Shown here piece by piece: positions 12,944 through 28,000 of a stretch of 64,000 nt of DNA; position 1 is the first letter of the stretch, and each line of letters begins with the position of its first letter. Source of the DNA: Takakia lepidozioides (lineage: Eukaryota > Plantae > Bryophyta). The notes below the pieces were generated by a model, which saw only the letters and a list, made by a program, of their open reading frames with translations, did not search any database and was not told where the DNA came from. Both the position numbers and the translations under genes were made by a program. The stretch covers positions 23,002,001 through 23,066,000 of the forward strand of contig CM060734.1 in the NCBI GenBank assembly GCA_030704615.1. Reading direction: 5' to 3'.

Positions 12944-13893
12944 TGTTAGAGGATTGTCTGGGACTTAGACACTTATACGGGATCTGTAGGGTACCCTTAA
13001 TTTTTGCACAGACTGAGATCAACAGGAGCCTTAGGGGTGACAGCAGCGCACTGTAGAAGGGGGTTACACAGTCCATCACAGCCAACACAGCCCGTCACAG
13101 TCCTCACAGCCGACACAGCCAACACAGCCCGTCACAGTCGTCACAGCCGACACAGCCATCACAGCCAACACAGCCAGTCACAGCCCGTCACAGTTTCACA
13201 CAGCCAGTCACAGCTTGACACAACTGTCACGACCATAGGGAACGGAGAGCAGGACAGGGAACGACTGTGGGGAACAACACCTGCAAATGGAACATGTTAG
13301 TTCACGGACGACGGTTAGTGAGGGAAACGGTTAGAGCCACGGGTAGGAAGATAAAGGGAGAAGCAAGGACTGAGAAGGGGATTATTATTCTTGGAAGCAC
13401 GTCAGGGGGAGGACTTCTTGGTCGTGGATAGAGGGGATCGGGCGGAGGAGAGCAAGAATGGAAGCAAGCATGGAGAGCACGGTGAAGGAGGAGAGATGAT
13501 TAGTAGATGCTTGTTATATGCAAAGCTGTAGTGATATTGTAAAGCAGATTAGAGACACAATGGCTTCGGCCTGATACCTGATAAATCATAATCTGATACT
13601 TATACGATATAATCACACTGTGTAGAGAGATCTGAGTGAAGCTGTGGAATGAATGGATGAGTTGAAGGAATCCGATAGATTGATGAAGCAAACTGATACT
13701 TAATTATCAATGGTAAGGTAGCTAACATGAATATGGAAAGGGAAAACAAATAGGAAACACCCCCATGATACACTAGCTGTAGGTCATGACTGATTGTTCT
13801 GAGCGGGTTGAGTACTTAGAGATTTCCAACTCTTCTATCTTGGAGTTTCCGCCTCGGATAGCGAAGGGATGGGTGAGTAAAAGCCGCGCGACA
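12944..13893 (+). repeat. 3' LTR of Gypsy-1
   Basis: Direct repeat of 613-1576, followed by TSD GCCCC. Confidence 0.95.
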
Positions 13894-14127
13894 GCCCCGC
13901 ACGGCGCCGAGCCCGCGACATTTTTTTGCAACGTCCCGGCATCGCAATCCCCCGCTGCGACATCATTAGGACGCCCAGCCGTCATAAGGTGGCATGAAGG
14001 GGGAAAGAGGGCCCTCGTTGCGACGGATTTTTTTTTCTTGCGGACGCCCCGGCGTCGGAAATCCAATTTAGTTTTTTTTTGATTTTATTTTTAGACGTTG
14101 CGACGCCGGCGTCGCAAAAAGTGTCAC

Positions 14128-15338
14128 TAAGGAACTGGAAAATGGCAGGTGAGAGAGAGAGAGAGAGAGAGTGTACAGAAACCACTAAGTACACTGGTCA
14201 AGAATAGAGAGGGAAGATACTATGTCTTGTCGGGACATGGACAAGACCAAACAAGGTCTTTGTCAAATTAACGACAAATCAGCCTCAAACAAGGCACTAT
14301 CTAACTTCACTTCCATAGGCAGTATCTTAACTGATAAAAAACTCATGTCATCTCCTGAAAAACACATGAATAATTGGGTGGGAGGGTGGGATTTCCAAGA
14401 CAACCATCACCCTAGATTCAGAATATGTCATTCATCATTGAAGGAGTCTTGTTTTCTTATAAAACAATCGGGACCAACACCACCTTGGTACATACCACAT
14501 CAGCATAAACACTTGAGCCTTTAAGAATGAGTTGCAGGTGTTGCAATTCCAAGAGCCCAGCCTGATAATGTAGACCAGCCAGCATGCTATGTCTATGTTC
14601 CATGAATGCACAAAGGTCTGGATCTGGTTTTCCAATCATCTCTCCAAAACTCAATCAGAGTGGAGTGCTACAATGAGCATAATCAGAACTTTATAGACAA
14701 CACCAACTCCAAAGGGTATTCCAAAAGGCTAGTTTGATAAGTTAAACCAGCCCATGTGTATTTTGAAAAAGCCCACAAGACCACTGCTTGGTATTCTTCC
14801 AAGTCAAGTACTGATTGGTACTTTCCAAGTCAAACATAGTAAAATTGAACCTGTTTCAAATTCAAAGGATGGTTCCAATGGCATCGCTTGGCAACCTTAA
14901 AACAGGTGTTATGTAATCTGAAAAGCCCATCATCACGCCAGCTGCTTGGTAATCTCTAAGTTAAAACAGTGTAACCAGGGCTGTTTTAATTTAGAACTCT
15001 GACCTCAATGTTCAAAAACTACCGCTTGGTACTTACCGTGTTAAATCAGCATAAGAAGGCCTATCTTAAGCATCATTGGATAGCTTATAAGGTCTGGAGA
15101 TGGTACTCCAGCACCATATCAAAATGTAGCCGAAGCTCAGACTGGTATCATGCCAGAAAACTGATTTACAATCGGGTCGAAAACCCCACTAATTGGTGCC
15201 AAAGTTCAGACTGGTATCTACAGAAAAAAACTGACTTATAATCAGGTTACAACCCATAAAAACCAAAAAGGATTAAGGTGAGAGGCCGAATCGTATCAGA
15301 TGCCCCACTGAAGCAGTATGTAGCGTCAATCGTCACCA
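14128..15338 (+). repeat. ~1.2-kb duplicated segment, copy 1 (copy 2 at 33938-35164), with a (GA)n microsatellite
   Basis: Near-identical sequence from AACTGGAAAATGGC to GTAGCGTCAATC.TCACCA in both places. Confidence 0.9.
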
Positions 15339-17306
15339 TCGCCAAGTCCTTTGATCATCTGCAAACTGAAAAAAATACACATCAAGTGAAGACCCTCACT
15401 GTGCCGTCCCAAAAACCACCACATCAAGATGTGTGTTAGTGAGGATGCACGAGGTGAGTAAGCAGGTCTTCACAGTTGCTATCCATGTTCCAACATGCAA
15501 TAAATTGATCAAAGTAAAACATGGATGCGACACCACAAAGAACTTTAATCGTTTGTGGAGTGGGACGTTGCGGCATTTCAACACCTGAATCTCAAGAGAT
15601 CACAGCAGAATGCAACAAATTGGGATACTTGAGGACAAATTGCATATTTACAAAGTGCACGATACTTCCCCCATCACCTTATGAGCGCTGCTGCTTCATG
15701 AATAAGAAAGATTGCATGCAAACACAGCAGTAGGTCATTTGCCAGTGCGGGAAACGGAAGGGCCTGCCGCCATCGCGCAAGAAAAAACAAAATGCACGCG
15801 GATCGTGATGCTCGAGCACTCAGCTCAGCCGCCATCGCGCAGGAAAAAACAAAATGCACGCGGATCGTGATGCTCGAGCACTTAGCTCAGCTGCCATCGC
15901 CATACCTCCAGAGAAAACAAGCACGAGTATCGTGCCGTGCTTAGGGTAGAGAGGCGGTTAGCAAACCATCCCGTGATTTCATGCATTGGGATGAAATTTT
16001 GCACTCTTCATTAGAGTACATCGTTAGGGTAACATCCAGGATGGATGTAATCCGTCATGGATGAAGATTGCAGCTACATCCTTAGGGTAAAGCTCAAGAC
16101 AACAATTCAACCAGTTAGGGATTATACCTGGCATATTTTTCATCCGGTATGGATGAAATTCAAAACATATTCCATCAGGGATTAGAAAGAAGGTATTTCC
16201 AAACCAGGTAGGCTTAGGAAAATTTTTGTTAATCCCAAACAGATAATTGGAGAGAGGAGAGAGGGGGGGCGCCCACCATCCAACCCCTGGCATGGCAGTC
16301 CCTTATGGAGTGAGTGTGGTGTGCACTCACCCCCGTAAGGGAGTGCATAACAGACCCATTCTCATAAGGCTCTCCCTCTACAATGTAGTTCTATCCTTGG
16401 ACTTGAATACCAAAAAGATAAAAGGTCTACATTCTCTCTGCCCTCAGATCACGAGTGAACATTGGCATAGCATAAATCAAACTTGGCAAGAATAGAGTCA
16501 TGCGTTTCCATGTTACCTCTTATCTTGTCAACGAGCTCTTGTAAAGAAGTAGAGACCAAGGAAGATCTCCGTGCGATGTAGTTTTATCTTTGGTTAAAAA
16601 GCTACAGTCTCTGCTTCCCAAGTCAAGAGAAAATATGGACAAAACATTCATATAGCTGGGCACGCAAGAGTTCAGAAATTACAGGTGTTCTTCAACCGAT
16701 GGCAGTAAATTACTGCACATTTTTCCACCATATCAGCCAACTTTATGGTTAGAACCGTTTTTCCAAAGGTATGAATAAGAACTTGTGTTCTTCAGCCAGT
16801 GGCATTAGTCTACTGCCCGTGATTCACAACATGAACATGTGAATAAGAACATTGGCAACAATCTGCTGCCCATCTTTTCACCATATCAGCCAGCTTTATG
16901 GTTTAAAACCAGATTTCCTTAAGGTATGGAAAAAGGACATATCACGTTACACCTGGGCATTTTTTAGTGGTGCTATAACGAGCAAACCCACATCCAGGAG
17001 AAGTATTAAAGCCCACGAGTAGGGAAGGCTTTTCATCATAAGGGATCTGATGCTGACATAAGGCATCAACTACAGGTTACCAGTTAACAGGAGTAATGTG
17101 CATTGATCGGATCATGTTAGAAGGTGTACACACATACTCTAACAGGCTGTTTTACCCGGGCCTAGCTCATAATATCAGTATGCAAGAACCCTTAGATGTT
17201 CTTCAAGTAATATCAGCGATGCCTTTCTCTCGTTGTCCAATCCGCCAACAAATTTTTGTTGGAGAGGATCATCATGCACGCGGATCGTGATGCTCGAGCA
17301 CTTAGC

Positions 17307-17700
17307 TCAGCCGCCATCGCCATCTTCCAGAGAAAACAAGCACGAGATCTTTACGGAGCTGGTAGTACCCGCCCACAATTCTCTGTTGGTTTCCAAATTG
17401 CAGCACTCTTTATAGAGGGCTCGTCTCTCAGCTATCTTGAGTTTAATCTCATTAGTCCACCAATTAACTGCTCTACCGCAGACAATTAGTTTCCTCCCAA
17501 TGATCTTGTCAGCCACGGAGGAAACGAAACTCTCGCAAGAGTCCACTGCTCTTTCGACTTCATTTCTTGCGTTAACAGAGCGTGACTGAAGTTCTTGGAG
17601 TGATTGGACAAAATGAGGGAGAGCCTCTTTCAAGGCCTGGACGTACTCAGCCTTGACCTCCTCATTGTGATATTTTCTATGCGCCACTTCCGAATGGAAC
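17307..17700 (-). pseudogene. Non-LTR retrotransposon (LINE) ORF2 fragment, endonuclease-RT linker region
   Basis: VSSVADKIIGRK...NWWTNEIKLKIAERRALYK...W, the typical WW..E.K..I..R...YK linker. Confidence 0.65.
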
Positions 17701-19119
17701 GTTCACAGATCTCTGGTGGTGGGAAAACACCTTTTGATCTCAGTATGCCGTGCTTAGGGTAGAGAGGCGGTTAGCAAACCATCCCGTGATTTCATGCATT
17801 GGGATGAAATTTTGCACTTCATTAGAGTTACATCCGTTAGGGTAACATCCAGGATGGATGTAATCCGTCATGGATGAAGAATTGCAGGCTACATCCTTAG
17901 TGGTAAAGCTCAAGACAACAATTCAACCAGTTAGGGATTATACCTGGCATATTTTTCATCCGGTATGGATGAAATTCAAAACATATTCCATCAGGGATTA
18001 GAAAGAAGGTATTTCCAAACCAGGTAGGCTTAGGAAAATTTTGTTAATCCCAAACAGATAATTGGAGAGAGGGAGAGAGGGGGCGCCCACCATCCAACCC
18101 CTGGCATGGCAGTCCCTTATGGAGTGAGTGTGGTGTGCACTCACCCCGTAAGGGAGTGCATAACAGACCCATTCTCATAAGGCTCTCCCTCTACAATGTA
18201 GTTCTATCCTTGGACTTGAATACCAAAAAGATAAAAGGTCTACATTCTCTCTGCCCTCAGATCACGAGTGAACATTGGCATAGCATAAATCAAACTTGGC
18301 AAGAATATAGAGTCATGCGTTTTCCATGTTACCTCTTATCTTGTCAACGAGCTCTTGTAAAGAAGTAGAGACCAAGGAAGGATCTCCGTGCGATGTAGTT
18401 TTATCTTTGGTTAAAAAGCTACAGTCTCTGCTTCCCAAGTCAAGAGAAAATATGGACAAAACATTCATATAGCTGGGCACGCAAGAGTTCAGAAATTACA
18501 GGTGTTCTTCAACCGATGGCAGTAAATTACTGCACATTTTTCCACCATATCAGCCAACTTTATGGTTAGAACCGTTTTTCCAAAGGTATGAATAAGAACT
18601 TGTGTTCTTCAGCCAGTGGCATTAGTCTACTGCCCGTGATCACAACATGAACATGTGAATAAGAACATTGGCAACAATCTGCTGCCCATCTTTTCACCAT
18701 ATCAGCCAGCTTTATGGTTTTAAAACCAGATTTCCTTAAGGTATGGAAAAAGGACATATCACGTTACACCTGGGCATTTTTTTAGTGGTGCTATAAAGAG
18801 CAAACCCACATCCAGGAGAAGTATTAAAGCCCACGAGTAGGGAAGGCTTTTCATCATAAGGGATCTGATGCTGACATAAGGCATCAACTACAGGTTACCA
18901 GTTAACAGGAGTAATGTGCATTGATCGGATCATGTAGAAGGTGTACACACATACTCTAACAGGCTGTTTTACCCGGGCCTAGCTCATAATATCAGTATGC
19001 AAGAAACCCTTAGATGTTCTTCAAGTAATATCAGCGATGCCTTTCTCTCGTTGTCCAATCCGCCAACAAATTTTTGTTGGAGAGGATCATCATGCACGCA
19101 GATCGTGATGCTCGAGCAC

Positions 19120-19527
19120 TTAGCTCAGCCGCCATCGCCATCTTCCAGAGAAAACAAGCACGAGATCTTTACGGAGCTGGTAGTACCTCGCCCACAATTC
19201 TCTGTTGGTTTCCAAATTGCAGCACTCTTTATAGAGGGCTCGTCTCTCAGCTATCTTGAGTTTAATCTCATTAGTCCACCAATTAACTGCTCTACCGCAG
19301 ACAATTAGTTTCCTCCCAATGATCTTGTCAGCCACGGAGGAAACGAAACTCTCGCAAGAGTCCACTGCTCTTTCGACTTCATTTCTTGCGTTAACAGAGC
19401 GTGACTGAAGTTCTTGGAGTGATTGGACAAAATGAGGGAGAGCCTCTTTCAAGGCCTGGACGTACTCAGCCTTGACCTCCTCATTGTGATATTTTTCTAT
19501 GCGCCACTTCCGAATGGAACGTTTCAC
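19120..19527 (-). pseudogene. LINE ORF2 fragment, second tandem copy
   Basis: Same peptide as 17307-17700 (NWWTNEIKLKIAERRALYKECC...WARYYQLRK). Confidence 0.65.
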
Positions 19528-20464
19528 AGATCTCTTGGTGGTGGGAAAACACCTTTTGATCTCAGTATCGTGCCGTGCTTAGGGGAGAGAGGCGGTTAGC
19601 AAACCATCCCGTGATTTCATGCATTGGGATGAAATTTTGCACTTCATTAGAGTTACATCCTCTTAGGTTTACATCCGTTAGGGTAACATCCAGGATGGAT
19701 GTAATCCGTCGTGGATGAAGAATTGCAGGCTACATCCTTAGTGGTAAAGCTCAAGACAACAATTCATCCAGTTAGGGATTATACCTGGCATATTTTTCAT
19801 CCGGTATGGATGAAATTCAAAACATATTCCATCAGGGATTAGAAAGAAGGTATTTCCAAACCAGGTAGGCTTAGGAAAATTTTTGTTAATCCCAAACAGA
19901 TAATTGGAGAGAGGGAGAGAGGGGGCGCCCACCATCCAACCCCTAGCATGGCAGTCCCTTATGGACTGAGTGTGGTATGCACTCACCCCGTAAGGGAGTG
20001 CATACCAGACCCATTCTCATAAGGCTCTCCCTCTACAATGTAGTTCTATCCTTGGACTTGAATACCAAAAAGATAAAAGATCTACATTCTTTCTGCCCTT
20101 AGATCACGAGTGAACATTGGCATAGCATAAATCAAACTTGGCAAGAATATAGAGTCATGCGTTTTCCATGTTACCTCTTATCTTGTCAACGAGCTCTTGT
20201 AAAGAAGTAGAGACCAAGGAAGGATCTCCGTGCGATGTAGTTTTATCTTTGGTTAAAAAGCTACAGTCTCTGCTTCCCAAGTCAAGAGAAAATATGGACA
20301 AAACATTCATATAGCTGGACACGCAAGAGTTCAGAAATTACAGGTGTTCTTCAACCGATGGCAGTAAATTACTGCACATTTTTCCACCATATCAGCCAAC
20401 TTTATGGTTAGAACCGTTTTTCCAAAGGTATGAATAAGACCTTGTGTTCTTCAGCCAGTGGCAG

Positions 20465-21416
20465 TGTTAGAGGGCTACTTGGGACTTAGACGCTTTTACG
20501 GGTTCTATGGGGTACCCTTAATTTTTGCGCAGACTGAGACCAACATGAGCCTTAGGGGTGACACAGCCCGACACAGCCACACAGCCCGACACAGCTTGAC
20601 ACAGCCCGCCACAGCTTCGCACAGCCAGTCACAACCAGTCACAACCAACACAGCCCGACACAGCTCGCCACAGCTTCGCACAGCCAGTCATAGCCAACAC
20701 AGCCCGACACAGCCCACCACAGCTTCGCACAGCCGACACAGCCCGACACAACCAGTCACAGCCCGACACAGCCTTACACAGCCAATCACAGCTCGACACA
20801 GCTTGATACAGCCTGTCACAGTACATAGAGAACAATTATCATTGGCAGGGAACGACTGTGAGGGATGACGGTTAATTAGTTAGGTGGTTAGAACAGCTTG
20901 GGGTAGATAAGGAGAGGGGCAACGGAAAGAAGGACACTTCACGGGGGAACGCTTCATGGTCATGGAGGAGAGGAGATTAGGCGGAGAGCAAGAATGAGAG
21001 CACGGAGTAGGAGGAGAGATGAACAGTAGATGCTTTACTTCATGCAGAGCTGTAGTGATACTATAGGGCGGATTAGAGTCACTTGACATTGGCCTAGTAC
21101 CTGATAAATCGTAATCTGATACTTATTGGATACAAGCACACTGTGTAGAGAGACATGAGTGAAGCTATGAAATGAATGCATGATTAACTGGAACTAAGAA
21201 GATACTGAAGCAAACTGATGCTTCAGTATCAGATAAGGTAAATTGATAACATGAAGGCAAGAAGGAATACAAAGGGGAAGCACAACCATGATTCACTAGC
21301 TGCAGGTCATGACTGATTGTACTGAGCGGGCTGAGTGCTTAGAGATATCCAACTCTTATATCTTAGAGTTTCCACCTCGGATAGCGAAGGGATGGGTGAG
21401 TAAAAGCCGCTCGACA
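20465..21416 (+). repeat. 5' LTR of Gypsy-2
   Basis: TGTTAGAG...CTCGACA, 952 bp. Confidence 0.95.
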
Positions 21417-22024
21417 TTTGGCGACCATACTGGGGAACTAAGTCTTGAACAACCAGATGTGACAGACATCTGGTGGGATCATGGTGGTTGGAGAATTAAA
21501 TAATTTGATGTGAATCAAATTCCGTGTGAAACTGAGAAGGAAAGATTGTCTAAACGATTCTTTTAGAGGTTCTTGGAATTGCCAGACGGTTGTAAAGAAA
21601 ACATTCTTAAAAGAGTGCATGATGCTGACCCTGAGTGGGGTCTGGAGAAGGGAGTGATAAAGATTTATCAGGTGGCCTGTAGAGGAAGAGCACGTTGGTT
21701 ACCAACACTGGTTTATGTGATAGCGTTGCTATCCATTAAGCGAGTAGAGTTTGAAGGCTGGGAGGAATGGAAGGTGAATGTTTATACTCATATGCATGAA
21801 GAGCTTGTACTGGTAAAGAATTGGATTCCAAAGGATATTCTGTGGATCAAACTCACACTAAGAACAGCTTTCCAGACTTGTTTGCCATATGGTTATATGG
21901 TAACGGAGACTTCTAGTATAGCCAAGGGTGCATTGAAGCTTGAAAGAAACCCATGCATATACAAGAGATACTACAGAAGAGAGTTTTGGTTATTGCCACA
22001 TTAAAGAAATGAAAGACATGGGAC

Positions 22025-25000
22025 ATGAGTGATGAAAGAGAAGCTAGACTCCAGAGATATTCAGCAAAAAGAGAAAGTTATCTTAAAGCTAATTATCCAT
22101 ATCTTTGGGAGAGATGAATAGACATAGGGGAATCATCTGGACCTCTCACACCATTAAGATCAGAGAGTACATCACCCATACCGGAAGAACTAGAGTTGGA
22201 TGCCACTCCTTCTTTTTCTTTGCAAGAAAGATTAAGGGAATTGGTACGGGAAGAAGATCAACCACGAGGTGAAAGATCTGAGGTACATCCCTAGATAAAA
22301 GATTTGACAGAAATCTTTGATAAGAGTTGGCATGGAACACCAAAAGCAGGAACTCCAGTTTCTGAAACGGAAGATGAAGAAGGAGGAGAGGATGTGGCAG
22401 AACCAACGGAGAGTTCAGACTCTCCAACACCATTGCAGTTGAGTTACATGAGTGAAGAAGAAACCCAAGGGCAGAACTTGGAGGATGAAAACAGAGAGAA
22501 GAAATTGGAAGAGGAAGAGTATGAAGAAGTAGACCCAACAGCTGAGGTTGAGACTACAACCAGGACATCCCAACCCGTTGCACTTGGATCACAGGCCAAC
22601 GAAGGTGTCGGCTCAGGGGGATCAGGCGGGCAGCCTGGATCTGGCTCTGGGGGGACAGGGAGTGTGGAAGTAGTGCAGCTGGAGCTGGGAATACTGTGAA
22701 TATCGTGGGGCCAGTAGCAGGGAGTGCTCAGGGGCTACCACTGGGTGGAAGATCCACCACAACTACAACAGGTCCTCAGGGACCAGCACCAGCTGTCAGT
22801 GGGCAGAAGGTAGGGCCACAGATGGCGTTACAACCAACACGGGCAAAACCACCTTTTCCAATATATTCAGGAAAAGGGGATCCCGATGTACACATTAGCC
22901 AATTTGAGCACATGTGTATATTGAACAATGAGAATGGCGATGATGCCAAGATGAGACTGTTTCCTTGTTCACTTATCAAGAAAGCAAGTGAATGGTATGC
23001 AAGATTCCCTGATAATCATTTCCTAACCTGGAATGGCTTGAATACAACATTCCGAAATAGGTTCAGGACAAGTAAAACTGAGGATGAAGTGTATGGAAGT
23101 TTACAACAGTTAAAGCAGAAGAAGCATGAAATTGTTGAGGAGTATATGGAAAAAATGGAATTGATGATGAAAAAGCTGGCTGCTGTACCAGCACCAGGTT
23201 TACAGAAGACTTGGTTTGTGAGTGGACTAAGACCAGAGTTGCAAAAGAAAGTGGATATGTTACCCCATAATACAATGGAGGAGGCATTTGAAACAGCGAA
23301 CAGAATTGAACAATTGGGAATGCTCAGGAGAGAGAAAAAGGATGATGAAGACTCTGAGGATGAGTCAGATGAGGAAGAAGAGCAAGAGCTGAAAAGGAAG
23401 AGTAAGAGAAAGGAGAGGTTGAAGAGGGATAACTATGAGAAAAGATTAGAAGAAATCTTGAAGAAGTATGCCACAGAGGCTACAACACATTGGAGGAAGG
23501 GTGTTTGGTGTGCAAAGTGCCAGAATGAAGGCCATACCACCAATGAATGCCACATGAAAGAGAAACACTGTACTATCTGTAAGATGGATAACCATTCTAC
23601 TGAGAATTGTTACTACAACAGAAGAACAACAACTAGAGAACCTAGGCAAGTAAGGGTGCATCAAGTGCAGCCCCAGCCAAGAAGAAACAGTGATCAGGAC
23701 CACTATGGTAGGCCTGGTGGTTATAACAATGGCATGGAAGGGAGAGGTAATCCAAGAGGGAATTACCAAGGAAATTCCAGGGGCAACTATCAGGGTAATC
23801 CAAGGGGGAATTACCAGCCAGGGAATCAGGATTACAGAAATAATCCAAGAGCAGACCAAGGGCGAGGACCCAATGGTGAAGAACTGTGTTACTATTGTAA
23901 TCAGCCAGGACATCGCAAGGCAGCCTGTTCATTTTGGATTAGACACCAGAATGAGATGAGAGCTCATGTGAATGAGGGCCCAGTGGTGGCAGCTCACATG
24001 GTTAGGCCATGTGTTGTACCAGAAGTAAGTACAATGATAGTAACGAGAAGCAAAGCCAAACTAATACCCCCAGTAGTTGAGGAAGATGATGATAATGAAG
24101 ATGGCAGTGATGTACCTGAAGATGATGAGGCTTGGAGAGATGAGAAAGAACTGCACAAAGAAGTGGCAGATACCATAAGGGAAATGCAGAAGAGTACTGA
24201 TATTCCTATGACAGATTCCTCTGATTCTGATGGAGAAGAAGAAGTGAGTGAGGATGAAAGGAAGAAAGAAGCTGCTGACATGCAGAGTAATGAAGGGACT
24301 TTGGCTGAAGTAATATGCCAGACCAAAGCGGAGATTACCATTGGACAGCTATTGGCTGTGGCACCTTATTGTAGACACAGGCTGTATCAAGCAATCAATC
24401 GAATTGCCCATGTGACAGGGAACACAGACCTGAACAGCAAGGTGACCAGTTATAATGTGAAGCCGGAAGGGCGAGAAACAGTCATGGACTTTGATGATTC
24501 TATGCCAGTAATCCAATTGAGAATTGGAAGCACAGAACTAACTGATGTACTGATAGATGGAGGCTCTGGAGTGAATATCATGACAGACCAATTAAGGCCA
24601 AAACTTGGTCTAAGTAACATGAAACCAGCCCCATTTACAGTAACAATGGCAGATCAAAGAAGTGTACAGCCATTGGGATTGATAAGAGGAGTTAAGATAC
24701 AGATTCAAAAGATGATCTTTATGATCACAGTAACTGTGTTGAAAATGGATGAAGTCATGGAGGCTTACTCCTTATTATTGGGACGTCCGTGGCTGAAACA
24801 GGCCAGGGTATTCCATGACTGGAATTCCCAGTTACTAACTGTGCATAATGGGATGCACAAGATACAAATTACCACTAAGAAATCTAGTAGATTACCTGCT
24901 ACGAGAAGACCTCGAGGGGTCAGGGAGTATGACTGGAGGGGAGGACTGGATGAGGAGCAGGAAGCTACCCTGTTCGTGCACACCCAGAGTGGGAGCAGGT

Positions 25001-28000
25001 TGCAGAGATGCAGCTGGAAGGCCTAAGTTGTTTAAAAGGTATCTGCTGTGGTGTAGTGACAGCAACACCAATTGAAGGTGAAATAAGCAGTTACCCACCA
25101 CATTTTTATGAAGAAAGAGAAGGAGAAATGAAAATCCTAGAGGAACCAGCCACTGTGAGTTTACAGGATGAAGTGGTGACTGGTTGGACAATCACAGCTG
25201 ATGAGCAGGTGAGAGAAGTGAATGTGGGAACTGAAGAGGAACCGAGGATGGTGAAGGTAGGGGCTGATTTGGAGCCAGAATTCTTTGAGGAAGCTAAGAG
25301 TTTGTTCATCAAATACAAGATGTATTTGCTTGGAGCTACGAGGATCTAAAAGGGATACCACCTGAGATCTGTCAGCATAAGATTGAACTGGAACCAGGGT
25401 CAGTACCAATCAAAGAGGCAAGGTACAGAATGAATCCCAACTATGCACAGAAGGTTGGAGAAGAGATCAAGAAGTTGGCTGAGGCTAAGTTTATATACCC
25501 GATAGAGTATACAACTTGGTTGTCACCCATTGTGATAGTTCCCAAGAAGAATGGTAAACTGAGAGTTTGTGTGAACTATAAGAAGTTGAATGCTTGCACG
25601 AAGAAAGATCATTTTCCTTTGCCATTCACAGAAGCGGTATTGGACACTGTGGCAGGCCATGAGATGTACTCATTCATGGATGGCTTCAGTGGTTATAATC
25701 AAGTGCAAGTGGCAGAAGAAGACCAGGGAAAGACGGCTTTCATCACAGACTGGGGTGCTTATGCATACAAAGTCATGCCTTTTGGACTTTGTAATGCACC
25801 AGCAACCTTTCAGAGAGTGATAAGTGAATCTTTTCATGAGTATCTGGATGATTTCATGCAGGTGTTCTTGGATGATTTCAGTGTGTACAGCTCTAAGAAT
25901 GAGCACTTGCATAAATTGGAGTTATGTTTGGCCAGATGCAGGATGAGAGGTCTGGGCCTGAATCCAGAAAGTGTACTTTCTGTGTGAACTCAGGGGTGCT
26001 TTTGGGACACATTGTGTGTAAGAGGGGACTTCTTGGGATCCCAGGAAGACAGAGGCCATTAAAGCCTCTCCACCACCAGTAAATGTTAAGAGTCTAAGGA
26101 GATTCCTTGGACAAACCAGTTATTACAGAAGATTTGTCAAAAGGTATGCACAGATAGCAGCACCATTGAGCAAGCTTCTGAAGAAAGATGCAATGTTTGC
26201 ATGGACAGCTGAATGTCAACAGGCTTTTGAGGAACTTACATTGTCAGTAACAACTACACCTGTGCTGATTAACCCTCACTGGCATGTAGTATTTCATGTT
26301 CACTGTGATGCCTCAGGAGAAGCGTTGGGAGCGGTGTTAGCCCAAAATGTTACAGGAAATATAGATTCACCTGTGTACTATGCTAGCAGGTTGATGAACA
26401 GTGCTGAAAGGAACTATAGCACAACTGAAAGAGAAGCACTGGCAATGATTTATGCAGTCAAGAAATTCAGGCATTACCTATTGGGAAGAAAGTTTATGTT
26501 TTATGTGGATCACCAGGCTTGATATATCTGGTGAACAAACCTTTGATAAGTGGAAGGATAGCGAGGTGGTTAATAATCTTGCACGAGTTTGAGTTCGAAG
26601 TTGTTTACAAGCCTGGCCGTTTGCATCTTGTGGCAGATCATTTGTCACGCCTAACAACAGGAGAGGCCGCCACAGGAGTAGACGACCAATTACCTGATGC
26701 GAGTTTATTTGCAATGGAGGTGCAAGGAAGTGCAGATGAATGGTTAGATTGGCAGTGGCCAATCAGATACTACCTTACTCATGGTCAGTGCCCACCTAGT
26801 TATGGTAAGGAGCAGAGGAAGAGAATCGCTATCAAGGCTTTACCTATACTATGGTAGGGGGCAGAATGTATAAGCTAGGACCTGATGGAGTACTTAAACG
26901 ATGCTTGTACCACCATGAAGTAAATAAAGTTTTGGAGGAAGTTCATAAAGGAGTGGCTGGAGGTCATTTTGGAGAAGAGACTACCAGTAGGAAGATACTA
27001 CTTGCAGGTTACTGGTGGCCTACTTTGTTCAAAGATGTACACAAGTATTGTCAGAGTTGTGATGAATGTCAGAGGCTAGGACCTTTGCAGAGATCTGGGA
27101 AGATGGCTTTGCATCCTACAATGCCTACTGAACCATTTCAGAAATGGGGACTAGACTTTGTTGGACCAATTAACCCACCGGCCAAGAATACACAGAACAA
27201 GTACATAATTACAGCCACTGATTATACTACGAAGTGGGTGGAAGCTAAAGCTTTGAGGGACAACACAGCCAAGTCCACAGCAAGGTTCCTGTATGAGAAC
27301 ATACTTACACGATTTGGCTGTCCCTTGGAATTTATCAGTGACCAGGGAAGTCACTTCATTAATGAGACCATTGAACTATTGACTAAAGAGTTCATGATTG
27401 TGCATAGGAAGAGTACAACGTATTACCCACAAGGTAATGGGCAGGCAGAGGCTACCAACAAAATACTATGTACTATCTTGGCTAAGATAGTCAATGCAAA
27501 CAGAACGGATTGGGATACAAAGCTGCTGACAGCTTTGTGGTCATACATGACTTCATATAAAGTCACCACTAAGTATACACCATTCCAATTAGTTTATGGT
27601 ATGGAAGCTTTACTTCCAGTGGAATTCTTGTTACCTACCATGAGAACGGAATGGGGAAAGAGAATGGAATTGGAAGATTCAATTAAGGTCAGGAAACATG
27701 AATTATACCATGTGGAAGAAGTACGTGCTGATGCAGCTGATAACATGACCAGAATTCAGATGAAGAGGAAGGAACAGTTTGATGAAGGCAAGTTAAAGAC
27801 TTTTAAGACGGGAGATTTGGTTCTCTGGTTGCAGAAGAAGGGGAAGATTAAAGCTTATAAGCTTAAATCACCATGGAAAGGACCTTATGTCATACAGAAG
27901 ATGTATGATAACAACACAGCCATATTACAAACCATTAACAAAGAGATGCTGGGAAGAGTCAATGCCAATAAGTTGAAGGGGTACATTGGTATTCATGACA

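Larger units (their letters stand above)
613..13893 (+). mobile_element. Full-length Ty3/Gypsy LTR retrotransposon (non-chromovirus type), Gypsy-1
   Basis: TG...CA LTRs 613-1576 and 12944-13893; 5-bp TSD GCCCC (608-612, 13894-13898); PBS; PPT; domain order gag-PR-RT-RH-INT. Confidence 0.97.
15926..20464. repeat. Tandem repeat with ~1.82-kb unit (units start ~15926, 17742, 19564); the third unit is split by Gypsy-2 and resumes at 33377-33823
   Basis: GTGCTTAGGG.AGAGAGGCGGTTAGCAAACC recurs with 1816 and 1822 bp spacing; repeated ORF translations. Confidence 0.93.

Noticed and set aside
2308-13691. Numerous minus-strand ORFs within the Gypsy elements
   Set aside because: Antisense shadows of gag-pol and ORF3 without independent motifs
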